A stretch of 63,282 nucleotides of DNA, the filler included, from Dicyema japonicum (taxonomy: Eukaryota > Animalia > Dicyemida), in assembly GCA_011109175.1 (NCBI GenBank). It is 7 parts of 7 records of this genome, joined end to end, with 100 filler letters (N's around TTAATTAATTAA, not from the genome) between each part and the next. Parts side by side here need not be neighbours in the genome. Positions count along the whole stretch, not along the records: positions 1 to 16,177 come from RDEW01000140.1; 6 more parts are not named here. One strand, given 5' to 3'. Shown piece after piece: positions 1 through 11,343 of this stretch (positions within the stretch are counted from its first letter, which is position 1; each line of letters starts with the position of its first letter). The position numbers and the translations under genes are program-made. Below the pieces are notes generated by a model. That model had not been told where the DNA came from. It made no database searches and was given only the letters and a program-made list of their open reading frames with translations.

Positions 1-618
1 AATTGTATTCAAATAAGCGATCTGCTGCTCATTCTGAACAGTGTAATTAACGCTATTCCTTACTACGTACTTAACCGACGATTTAAAAAACAGCTGTTTC
101 TGCTTTTAAATTTATTCAAGAATCAATTTCCAGAAGCAAAGGTTAAAAATTTTCCTATGAGAATTCCATTTAAAACCAATTCAATTTAATTTGAAAACAA
201 TCCAATTCAATTTTTCTTATGACTGTTCAACCAACATTTTAAAAATAATTTTCTTTGTATTCATTTGAGATACTTTCAACTATAAGCGGCGACTATATAA
301 GTAAACTATTCATAGATGCTTTACGAGGATATATATCAAGTATAGAACATCGCCACGAAGTTAAGATGACCGAAGAAAAATTCATGTCTCCGTCAAGCCA
401 GAAAAGTTGGGGAAATAATCCGACGGGACCGATTGGCTTCCCAGGCAAACAAAAATGTCTGATTTCCGTAGATTCGGTTCTTGGTGGAACAGAGGAATCT
501 GACACACTTCTCCAATATTAAAAAAAGCATTAATTTGTTTTAATACGTCATAAATATAATATTTATAATTCTATTTTTAAAATGTCTTAATATTTTTAAA
601 ATTGAAAAAAATATTTAA

Positions 619-1506
619 ATGGATTCAGGTGGGACTGAATTGTCTTCTGAATTTGACCATCCCCGTTTTTCAAAATACAAATACACCGGAAAGCTAATCG
701 AAGACCAACAAAACAGAAGAAATGCTTTTTTAAAAGATAGAAAAAGTTAGTTTTTCTGGCATATCTCTTAGTCGTTTTGACATGAAATGTCGTATTAATC
801 GTATGATGGACCAGAATACAGATCCACAAGACATCGAGATGGACTCAATAAATCCTCATTATTCAAACCAACTCATGATGAACGAATGGATGTTAGAAAG
901 GCCCAATGATCTGATAAACTGGCTGGCTATTCCATGTCCCCACGGAAAGCGATGTTTGGTCGTGACTGACGAGTAAACCAAATCTTTTGACCTCCAGGCC
1001 CAGACCCGAGTGTTCCTGAAAAACGGGAAGTTAGCAAAAGTCATTTAAATCCTCCCTTCCCGGCGGTGGACCGAGAAAAGCCTCTTCGGGTATATTTATG
1101 TGTTTTAGCCACAGGATCTGTGTTGGATTGTATTATGGGTGATGGAGTACTCTATGTCCTCGATTGTATGCAATGGGGAGAGATTCCTCTCTATGAGACT
1201 GATGTTCTCTTTTTCTTTACTTTCTAGTTCGAGTTTAGGGCTTCGTGGATCGCTGCTAAATTGAGACGAGCCAGTGTGTTGTGAGTGGCCTTTCTCGCTG
1301 TTGATTCCTCATGTATGCAGTGATGAGTCGATTAGACGTATTCTTCTTAGTTATGATGATAAAATGTAAGTTGTGTTGTTTGTAGGGATTAGTGTGATGG
1401 AGTCATTTTTCTTCATAAACAGGCACAGTACACTGTAGGGACGTCTCCTCTTTCATGTTGGCTTAAACTTGGGATGATACCTCATATTCTTAATATTACA
1501 GTATGA
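619..1506 (+). CDS. SNUPN: Snurportin-1 (m3G-cap import adaptor), multi-exon with tiny introns; apparent 1-nt indels
   Basis: ATG at 619. IBB-like HPRFSKYK..QQNRRNAFL; YSNQLMMNEWM..WLAIPCPHGKRCLVV; FKSSLPGGG; SVLDCI..LYVLDCMQW; CDGVIFLHKQAQYTVGTSPLSCWLK; TGA at 1504-1506. GT-AG introns at about 746-771, 973-997, 1090-1114, 1204-1227, 1366-1392. Confidence 0.9.
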
Positions 1507-1795
1507 TTTTGTCTAATTCATATTTTGATAAATTTTTGTAAAAATACATTTTTTAGGCGTAAGTATAATTAAACGTTTAGAACGAAATAGTATGACAAGT
1601 CAGTTCAAAGTTAATGTCATTTTTTGTGATGGCATGGGTGGATGGGTCATCTAGTACTCTAATATCTTGGGAGAACCTCAACAAATATGCAATTGAGGTC
1701 TTTCTAGTGAATGTTATGTTTTCTTTTGGCTTTTTTTGTGGTTATTTACCGATAAATATCCATTTATTTGAATTTTTACGCTTTTGGTTAATAAA

Positions 1796-3232
1796 ATGAA
1801 TTATTTGTACATATTTTTCAGTCTAATTTTAGTTTTTGTCGTTCAAAAAATTTCCCTACCAGTTTACTGGGTAGAGAATTATTTGTGAGAAAGCATTTTT
1901 GCATCGATTCAAAAGTTAAAGAAAAAAAACATTATGGATAGACTTTCGAATGTCGGATTGTCGTCATATTTAAGTAAACAGTCGTTCGGATATATTTGTC
2001 GTAATTTAATAATTATGGAGTTTTGTTCCAAAAAACTATTGGTAACCAACAGTGAGCGGATAATGAATTTGACTCAAAAACTTTTTGGAAAACGTTTGTT
2101 TAATTTCGTTATGAAAAAAACATTTTATAAAAAATTTGTTCTTGGAGAAAACGAAATGACATTATTCGGACTATAGGCAGTCATTATTCAAAAAATTTGC
2201 ACACGATGATAATGATGAGCTACGAAAGTGACCTTGGAACCTGTTCTAAGAACGAATATAATAATTCTCTCTTAAAAATCAACAGGAATTCATCAAAATG
2301 ATCAAAATGTTTAAAAATAGAAATGAGACCCAAGTTATGATGCATTTCAAATTAACTGGATTTTTTCCTTTATCCACTCTACGAAAACTTTCCGATTCAA
2401 TTTCTACTCATACGGACTATATTGATGCAATTCTGACATTGAAACATATTTTTCTTGGAGACAAACAAACAAACGCTGCGGTTTTGGATAATCTCGATTA
2501 TTTGGATAAAAGATATTTATTAAACGGAATTGGTCATGTTAAAAAAGTGATTGGACCATGTACACAATTCAGACATTAAAATACTAGTAGACGCAGAATA
2601 CACGGACATTAACGAAGGAATCAATGCAATAACTGTCGCCAATGATTATGATTTATAATCTGCAGACGCCGACTATGGACTCACTTTTCAATGTTACCTA
2701 AAAAATTCGATGGATTTAATCTCAGAAACTTTGAAATAATCAAGCAATTTGACCTTTGCTGGAGTTGTAAAATAGTAAGAGGAGCCTACATGGATTGGGA
2801 ACGCAAAAAATTCTAATCTGCTTAAACAGCAGAACCCAGTTTTTTGATTTGTATCAAGAAACTAATATAAATTACGACAAGATTGTGGAAATGTTTTTCA
2901 AACACGATTTCATTAAGGAATATTCGATTATGATTGCCACACACAATTTAAACTCAATTCAGAAAACCTGTAAACTCTTATTGCATCACAAAAAACCCTC
3001 AAAGGCATTCAAGTTTGCCCAGTCAATGGGAATGTCAGATCATATTAGTCTCCAACTTAGCTCTCTGGGTTACCTAGTGTATAAGGGGTCTCCTTATGGA
3101 ACAGTGGAGGATACTATTCCTTATCTTGTGAGACGTGTTTACGAAAATTCTTCAATTTTTAATAACGTAAAAAACGACAATTCACTTTTGAGGAAAGAAT
3201 TTTTATGTAGAATAATACCATTTCGTTACTAA
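1796..3232 (+). CDS. Mitochondrial proline/hydroxyproline dehydrogenase (PRODH family, PRODH2-like); several frameshifts
   Basis: Motifs across frames: KKTFYKKFVLGE, ILVDAEYT, TFQCYLK, KIVRGAYM, MIATHN, FAQSMGMSD, YKGSPYG..IPYLVRRVYEN. Probable 26-nt intron 1807-1832 after the ATG at 1796. Confidence 0.88.
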
Positions 3233-6200
3233 AATCATACTACATTTTTCGTTAATAAACATTTGATTATCTTTATGCTCTCCACTTATTAGAATGAATT
3301 CAAACCCAAATAACATCATAAAAATGAGTATTCCAGCCAAACATTACGAATTTGTTTCGAAAATTCATTTTTACTCACCGTATTTATTTACCCCGAGCCT
3401 CTTCAATTGAAGGAAACCGGTGGCTAACAAGAACGTTAATGCCAATGTCGGACGCTCCCAGAGATCCCCGACCGTGATCCGGTGTTCCGAGGAAGCAGAA
3501 GGCGGGCCTGGACAGGAGAAAAGGTCACTGAGGGAATAGGAAGGGATGGATTCAGCAAGACCGATTTTTTGACGATAATTGTGTAGGCCAATATGATGGC
3601 CACAGCGGAGACGAGCCAAGTTCACTCGGGCTTCTCTCGAGAGGGAGGATTCGATGTTGTTAATTGGCGGCGGAAGGCGTCCCAGAAGCTTGTTTATTCC
3701 AAGACATCTGATTGCCCTCGTAGCTACCAAGTCGTGAATTCTCTTCTGGTTTATATCCGGAGGAAATGGTATAAGCATGCGGATTTTGTCCGCGAGGGTC
3801 GGAATTATTCTCCTGTTATTAGAGGAGTGCCAATGAAAGTAGGCAGGGTGATTTGGGGTTCGGCATTTGTCAAGAAATTGCAGCCCGAGCATTTCAAAAT
3901 GGTCACTGATTGGAAGGATTTTCGATTCCCAATGTAGTGGTCAATAGGTGTCGTTTTTAGACAGCCCGTAATAATTCGTAATGCTGAGTTTTGAGTTCTC
4001 TGAAGTTTTTCAAAGTTAGTAATAGATAAGCAGAAACCCCAAGCAGGGATGGCGTAGTATTTTGGAGGATTTTTCAACTGGGAGTGGAATGTTGTCTAGG
4101 AATAGTTTAGGCTCTAAGTTGAACTAACGACGGTCAGTTGTGAATAGCGTAACAGATGATTTGGATGGAGAACGTTGAAGAAGATTGCATTTCAGCCTGG
4201 ACGATAGAGTGTTCAAGTGTTCCTGCAGAAATCCAGAAGCAGTGATTATGTTTTGGTGAAGAGAGGCAAAAATTAAGTCATCAGCGTAAGAAAAAAGTAG
4301 AGTATTATTGTTTGTCGGGATACTGGACAGATGTAAGTTAAATAAGGCAGGTGAAAGGACCGAGCCTTGGGGAACCCCGTTAGGCAAGTATTTGTAACGT
4401 GAGTAAGAAGACATGATTGTCGTGCGACCAAGACGCCCAGAGAGAAAAGAGAGTAGCCATGACTTTATTTGATGAGGAAATTCCGTATCGATTATTTTCC
4501 TACACAGAACATGTCTTGACGTTCTGTCAAATGCCTTTTCAATGTCGATGGATGCAATAACTGTTCTTTGAGGAGGTTTATGATTGTTAAACCCATCCGC
4601 AATGAATTGTGTCAGTTTTGAAAGATGGGTGGAAGTGGAATGCAAAGAACGAAAGCCATGTTGAGATTCAGCGAATGGGAGGAAAGGTTTTATGATGCTC
4701 AATACAACTCGTTCTGTTATTTTTGAAACCACTGAAATCAAAGAGATAGGTCGAAAAGAAGAGGGGTCAGAGGTATCTCGATTTGGTTTTGGAATAGGGA
4801 TGATGGTAGATTTCTTCCAAAGCATAGGAACCAAACCATAGTTGATCGAGTATTCGATTAAATTGGTCAGAGCCAGAAAGCCATTAGGACCCAGATTTTT
4901 TAGGTGGTGGATGGCAAGACCATCTGGACCTCTGGCGTTAGAATTCCGCGAGTTAACAACAAGCTGCCTGGTAAGTGATTCTGGGATGTTAATATAGTGT
5001 GTAGAATCGTCATTGGAATTATAATGAGATTTTCTTACGAAACGGAGATCCTTTGGGGTAGGAAGGTGACTGATTTTTGCATAATGACGAATTAAGATGT
5101 TGGCTTGATCCCGGAAAGATAGGACAGATTTTTTGGTCGAGATACCAGTGGCATGTGAGAGGGGACATGTTTGTCTCGTGTGAATTTTCCTGAGGGTTCT
5201 CCAGAAAGCACGGGACCCAGTATGTGGGGTTATTGAAGTGATAAAATCATTCCATTCGACAGTTTTATGTTTCTTGATTAATTCGTCAATTTGTTTGTTG
5301 ATTTCTGCTAGATATTCTCCATTACCATCTGTAGATGTCGTCGATTTGATCCTCCTTCGTTTTTTGAATAGTTCAATGATCGGGGAGGAAAATGGAGGCC
5401 GTGATTTCGGATGAAGCCGCGGGGAATAAATTTTTTGTCCGCAGAAAGAAGTGTATTAGTAAAGAAAGCAACAGCAGCGTCAAATGATCGAAAGGAGGAG
5501 CAAGAAAAATTACTGAATATACGTTCAGTGTCATTCCTGAACGAGTCCCATTTCCCACGTTTGTAGTTAATGTAGGTCTTCATAATTCTCTTCTTTACAG
5601 GGTGATGGTTTATTTTTATTAGAATAGGATTGTGGTCCGTTGGTAGGTCGTACAGGACTGTCCATTTGGCGTCGAGAGCGATGTTTGGGGAACATAAGGT
5701 AATGTCAGGAGAAGTGTTTGAATCTCCAGGTCGCATTGCACAGCGGGTGTGTAGAAGAGGATTGTTTAGAGTGATCAATTCTTCCGCATCCAATATGATT
5801 TGCTGGCCACGTTTGTCAGTTTTGCTTGTGGATAATTAAAGAGGATGATGGGCGTTGAAGTCGCCACATAGAATACAGTTTTCAATTGAAAAAAGAGGCA
5901 GTAAGTTTGGTGTATAATTGGGATCACATGAAGAAATCGGGGGGATATATATGTTAACAACAGAATAACATATCTTGTTAATGTTAATTTGAATAGATGA
6001 AATTTCGGTAAATCGATCATAAGTTAAGAGAGATTCAATGTTGGCAGTTGAATCTGCAAAAGGAATGGCTTCGTGAATGAGAGTAATAAGACCCCGCCAG
6101 GCTTTCCAGAGAGGCGGTCATGACGAATGGTGGAATATCCTTCAAAACGAGGGGTTTTGGATTTTGGAGTAAGTTTGGTCTCTTGAATAAGAGCTATATC

Positions 6201-6296
6201 AATAGAGTTCGTGTGTATAAAATAGCGTAGGTCATTGAATTTCTTAGAAATCCCGTTGATGTTCAATTGAAGGATGGTTAGTGTTCTAATAGGCTC

Positions 6297-6323
6297 AGGT
6301 CCAGGGTTTTGTTCCACATCTCC
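6297..6323 (-). other. 2A-like (StopGo) ribosome-skipping peptide core
   Basis: LLLIRCGDVEQNPG|P in frame, immediately before the APE domain (ORF 6024..6389). Confidence 0.88.
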
Positions 6324-6423
6324 ACACCGAATCAACAATAGAATCAGGGAACGTAAGCTTGACGCTCGTCCGTAGCCAATACCAACCAAACCGTTGACAG
6401 GTTGGTTGGCAAGGGGGAAAAGT

Positions 6424-6494
6424 TGGTTCTGTTTGTTGCTGATGGAGAATCAGCATCCAATCGTCTCCACGAGAAGGTGAACCACATGACGATC
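6424..6494 (-). ncRNA. HDV-like ribozyme fold at the exact 5' end of the LINE
   Basis: RNA reads GAUCGUC-AUGU-GGUUC-ACC-UUCUCGU-GGA-GACGAUU-GG-AUGCUGAU-UCUCC-AUCAGCA-ACAAACA-GAACC, i.e. P1 (G-U first pair), P2, P3/L3, P1.1 GG, P4 and J4/2 with C. G+1 abuts the TSD. Confidence 0.75.
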
Positions 6495-6910
6495 TTACTC
6501 ACCGTAAATTATTTTTAATTATACCGCAAGGTTGGAACAGCCTTAGAGAAGTGGAAAAGGTGGCATAGTCCCTAGTTTGACAGGAGACCAGCTCCATTTC
6601 AGTGACTTGCCAAAAATTTCCGAACCTCTTAAAGTCACGTAGAGTATCAGCTTTGGCATTAACTCCATCTTCGAGTTCTTCAAGAAATAAATGAACACGT
6701 TCCCAAGTTTCGGCGAAAGATACTCTATTTCGGACCAGTTCCATGTGAGGCCGTGCTTGCTTTTCAAAATAGTATTATTTTAAATCAATCTTGTGTGATA
6801 TTTTTTGTAATCCATTGAAAATGACAATTCTTAGTTATCATGTTACCTAAAACTAATATTATGAGCTATCTAATAAGACGAAATGTTCATCGCGGCCAGA
6901 GTATCCTAGG

Positions 6911-7954
6911 CGTGGTTCTCAACGGTGGGCGATTCGCCCCTAGGGGCGATTTTTTTGGTAGGGGGGCGATTTATTCTGCCAGGGGGGCGATAGTTGATGG
7001 TTATCCAAGGGAAATTGTCTTGAAAGATTTGTGATATTATTTGATGCTATTGTTGATTTTTTAAGATTACAAGAAGAATTTGAATTGCTTAATTCCTGCA
7101 AAATTCATAGAAAAAATATTTTTTATTTAAATTGGATTTTTTAAAAAATTAAATGAAGTTTCATTGGCTTTACAATGAGATTATGTTAATTTAATTGATT
7201 GCAACAAATTTAATTTAAGTAATAGAAACGCTCACGCCATCATGACCTCTTAGTTAAATTTCTCAGAGTTTTTTTTCAAATATAAATTGATATAAAAAAA
7301 AAGTAATAGAAAATTTGGAAAATTCTATTTTTATGACCACACTTTTGATGACGACGATCTGAAAATTTATGAATTTCATTTATCTTTGGACCAAGATTTG
7401 AAAAAAAGATTTGAAGATTTAATTAATTTAAACTTTTCTGATTGGATGATTAATCCTTGGGTGCCCATTCATTATGATTCTGATGATGAATGTCAAGAAG
7501 AATTAATAGAACTAAAAAAACGACGAAGAACTCAAAATAAAATTTAAAAATGACAACCTGACACAATTCTGAGTAGAAAAATCTATAAAAATGAAATTCC
7601 CGTAATTATGGGAAAAATGATGCCAATAATATTATGTTTTCCTACATCATACTACGTAGAGAGAGGATTCAGCACTCTGAATAGTATGATCGGAAAAAAA
7701 GAAACAAACTAAACATAGAAGAAAGAGGAGACATTAGAATTGCACTTACGAAAAGAAGTACAAATTTTGAAAAACTTGTGAATCTTCATCAACCACAAGG
7801 ATCTCATTAAAACTCTTATTTTTTAAATAAAAAATATTTCTAATAATTAGTTAATAGTAATATTATTACTAATGAAATAAGGGGGCGATACAAAAATTGG
7901 AGGGGTGAAAAAAATTCCAAGGGGCGATACAAAAATAAAGGTTGAGAACCACTG
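6911..7954 (+). mobile_element. Internally deleted hAT (Buster/Charlie-type) DNA transposon
   Basis: TIRs C(A)GTGGTTCTCAAC at 6911 and GTTGAGAACCACTG at 7941-7954; near-match 8-bp TSD atcctagg/tcctaagg; dimerization-domain remnant FPTSYYVERGFS..RGDIRIAL..HQPQGSH*. Confidence 0.85.
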
Positions 7955-7959
7955 TCCTA

Positions 7960-8400
7960 AGGCAACCTTCACTCTTATGCCCAGCCTCCACAGCCGGTAC
8001 TGAGGTGATCTCGTCCACGCGTATTTCCAATCCAGAAGAGTCCTTTGGTTGGCACTCCGCTACTGTTTGTACCACAACGGGAACCAAAATGTTAACCTTC
8101 ATGCTTTCCAAAGTTTTTTAGTACGAGTGTTTACCTTGGCTTCCAGATGATTTTTGAAGAATTTTAAGACAATTCCACCCCAAGAGAGCACAACAGGAAT
8201 TATTTTCACCTTTAAATTCTCTCCAGTTTATATGCCAACAAATCATATTGTAGAGCTTTTTCCATTTCGACCTGTTTTAGACAATTTTGTGAAATGACCC
8301 CAAAATCGAACTCATGCTGAGTGTTATCTTACAAAGCAAAACATTAGGATAATATATTTGTTTTGACCTCCCATGCTATGTATACTTTTCCACAAATATG
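7960..8400 (-). mobile_element. Degenerate 3' end (RLE region) of an R4/Dong-like retrotransposon
   Basis: EMEKALQYDLLA..KIIPVVLSWGGIV..KKTLESM, homologous to 45699-45974 and 60240-60450. Confidence 0.65.
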
Positions 8401-8646
8401 TAAAATCTTCCTAATATGAATCCATCCCCATCATGATCCAAACATACTTCTTTTCATTTAAAAAAGTTTGAACATATACATAATATTGCAAAATTGTCTA
8501 AAAATTGTGTGAACGTTGATGATAGTGAGGATTATTTTAATAATAATCATTGATAATGAGTGACATTGATGACATCTGCCTTTGTTCATTCCGAAGGTTT
8601 AACAATAAAATAGTTAATTCGTTTATTTTTATATAATAAACCAGTT

Positions 8647-9231
8647 GCACGCCTTGTCGTGTGAGAAGAGTGCCGGACGAATTCCCCGCCACACACAACT
8701 CAATGACGTTGTCAGGAGGGCCCTGGAGTCGGCTGGTTTCCCTTCCACTCTAGAGCCAGTCGGCCTTTTCCGGAGCGACGGCAAGCGTCCCGACGGGATG
8801 ACGACCTTTCCTTTTAGGGAAGGCAAGTCCCTGGTTTGGGATGCCACGTGCGTCGACTCTTTTTCGGTGACGATGCTACCCAAGACTGTCAGCAACCCGG
8901 GTTCCGCCAGTGCTCAGGCTGAAGAGTCAAAGAGGACGAAATACCGGTGTATTTCGGACTCCTTTGAGTTTGCCCCCCTCGCCTTCGAAACCTCCGGAAT
9001 CGTCGGCAAGGCTGCTGCTCAACTCCTCACCGACATTGGCAGGAAAATCTTTTCGAAAACATACGACCGGAGGGAGACGAGCTGGCTTTTCCAGCGAATC
9101 TCGGTCGCTGTGCTCCGCGGAAACTGCCACTCAATACGCAGCGCGGCGTCGTTGAGCTGACCCTCAGGCTCTCGACTATTTAGCTTCTAACTTGTTTTAT
9201 TAATAATAATATTAAATTTAAAAAAATAAAA
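8647..9231 (+). mobile_element. 5'-truncated CRE-like non-LTR retrotransposon (RLE domain plus 3' UTR)
   Basis: HALSC..RH..LND, RPDG, WDATCVD, KRTKY, LAFETSG, RISVAVLRGN; A-rich tail; 12-bp TSD AATAAACCAGTT at 8635-8646 and 9232-9243. Confidence 0.88.
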
Positions 9232-11099
9232 AATAAACCAGTTTGTCTCGCTTTTTCAAATAGTAAAAAGCCTGATATCTGACTATACTTATGTCCTGCT
9301 CACGAAGGGGACCGATCTTTGCTCTCGTTTTATAAAATTTTTAGAGATTTCTAAATATGAAAAAAATAGCAAGTTTTATTTCATTAGATTAAAAAAAATG
9401 TTAAGTCTCATAACAAGACCTGTTTCTTTAACCACTAACTTGTTTTTCGTTCTCTCGGTTTTGGTTAAATAAAAAATTCATTCATTCCTTCAAAACGTGA
9501 AGAAGCCTATACATTGGCAGCCAACATAACTCGACAACTCAGAAAGTTCTGAGCATGGGAAGGGAGAAAAGTTGACGAAATTCAAAGAAACCGAAATCGA
9601 AGACAAATAACTAAGGAAAGCTAAATTAGCAGTACTGCAAAAACCAACGCCCACGTAACGGATTGGGAAACTTGCGACTGACATGAGTGATTTGCGTCAA
9701 CGAACGGGCCACAATAATATCTAGAGAAAAGACAGTAACAAGAAGACAAACTAATAAGAAAAATCATTCTTGGAATGAAAACAACATTTTTTAAATGAAA
9801 AGGTCAACATAATAAATTCTTCTAAGAAATTTCGGTACTGTTAGGTTATACGCGAGCCAGGTTTTAGTATCTAAATAAATTTATGATTTTTTGCTTATTG
9901 TGAGGTGTCGCTAATTAGTACAAGCACTCAAGACTCATCCAAAAAATATTTTGTGTCCAATTCAAATAGCGTTTTCAAATTTTAAAAGTCTATTACGACG
10001 ATTGCAAGGTGATTACATTCCTCCACAAAAAAATATTATGAATTACAAATGATCGGACACGAGGCTAAGCACGGTTAACATTATTTTATGCGTCTTTCTT
10101 TAAATGGATTATTAACAGAAACAATTTTGACAATAAATATTATTTTAGAGAAATCTACTAATCCATATTAGCTTATCTTTCTGGGAATAAGGAGGAGAAA
10201 AATAAGACGACAAAATCAACCAATCTCCTCATCATTGAAATTTGTTGGACAACTTCGTCATTCCTTTCAACTCCTCTTCCCCTATACGCGACCCAACGTC
10301 TAAATAAACTACAAAATCACACCCAAATCACTCACAGTGCTCCTAAATAAATAAGTCCAGTCAGAATCAGCAAATTCTTGGCAGAATCAAAAGGCAAAAT
10401 GAGCAAAACGAAACACAATTTGAGCAATAATATTGCAACCACACGTCCAAATCCTCGAAATCGTTCAGAAATAAACCCAATTCTTTGAAGAGTATCTTGG
10501 AACCCACCCAAATTTGTACTAGACAGTCCCATTCTTTAATATATGAATAAAAATTACATTTTCTTTTGTTCTTTTACAAAATTCTGCCACAAATGACTTG
10601 GCCCATTGCGTACTGCAGTTGAAGCTCTCTTAGCTTTCCAAGAAAGGCTTCCGTCGGCTGATTTCTACACTTTTTATGTTGCAAAAAACTCTTTTGGTAT
10701 TTCTGGTATCTCAATTGAAGAAGTGCCTATGAAAAGAAAGATTTCTAGAGATTGGCTGGTAAATGCAGACAGAGAATCTTTATCCTGCAAAATTTTTCCG
10801 TTTAGGAGAAGAGTTTGAAGTTTTTCCGACTATACGAGTTATTCTGAGTGTTAGGTAATACAGGACGAAGAGAGTGCTTCTCTCGGATCGTTGCTTTAAG
10901 TTCAGAAATTGTGGAATCCTTGTTACAGGTGATTTCTAAATTCTCATCTGAGTTGCCAACAGAACGGACAACAACAAGCATAATTAATTTATTTTATTGT
11001 TTTTATAATTTTTAATTACATTTTTTAAGTTATATTTATTCACAAATAAACAATTTCGATTTATTAAAGATTTAAATAATAATATAAATTCTCCAAATT

Positions 11100-11330
11100 A
11101 TGAAACACAAAGATGGGCTAAGAACTTTAAAACACGCTCCAGAGGAGCTAGCTGAAATGATCACCAATATTTTCAATTGGTATCTCCAGGAAGACAATCC
11201 ATTGGATCTGGGAAAAGGATGGCTAATACCATTACTAAACCCGGAAAAGCTAAACGTCCCGTTTGCAACTTTGGACCAATAATTATACCAACTTTAATAC
11301 GCAAAACATTATCCTTCATCGCATTAAGTT
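11100..11330 (+). mobile_element. RT-proximal fragment of an RTE-type non-LTR element
   Basis: LKHAPEELAEMITNIFN..LGKGWLIPL, followed by an NFGPIIL..LIRKTLS RT domain-1-like segment. Confidence 0.55.
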
Positions 11331-11343
11331 AAGTTAGCCGTAT

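Larger units (their letters stand above)
3383..6494 (-). mobile_element. Full-length Vingi/Ingi-like non-LTR retrotransposon (2A-APE-RT, no RNase H seen), frameshifted
   Basis: 12-bp TSD TTACTCACCGTA at 3371-3382 and 6495-6506. APE (LQLNING, IALIQET, SPDIT, TDHNPI), RT (SFRPISL, QHGFR, DIEKAFD, GVPQGSVLSP, YADD), C-terminal LARLRCGH, TAAA tail. Confidence 0.92.
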
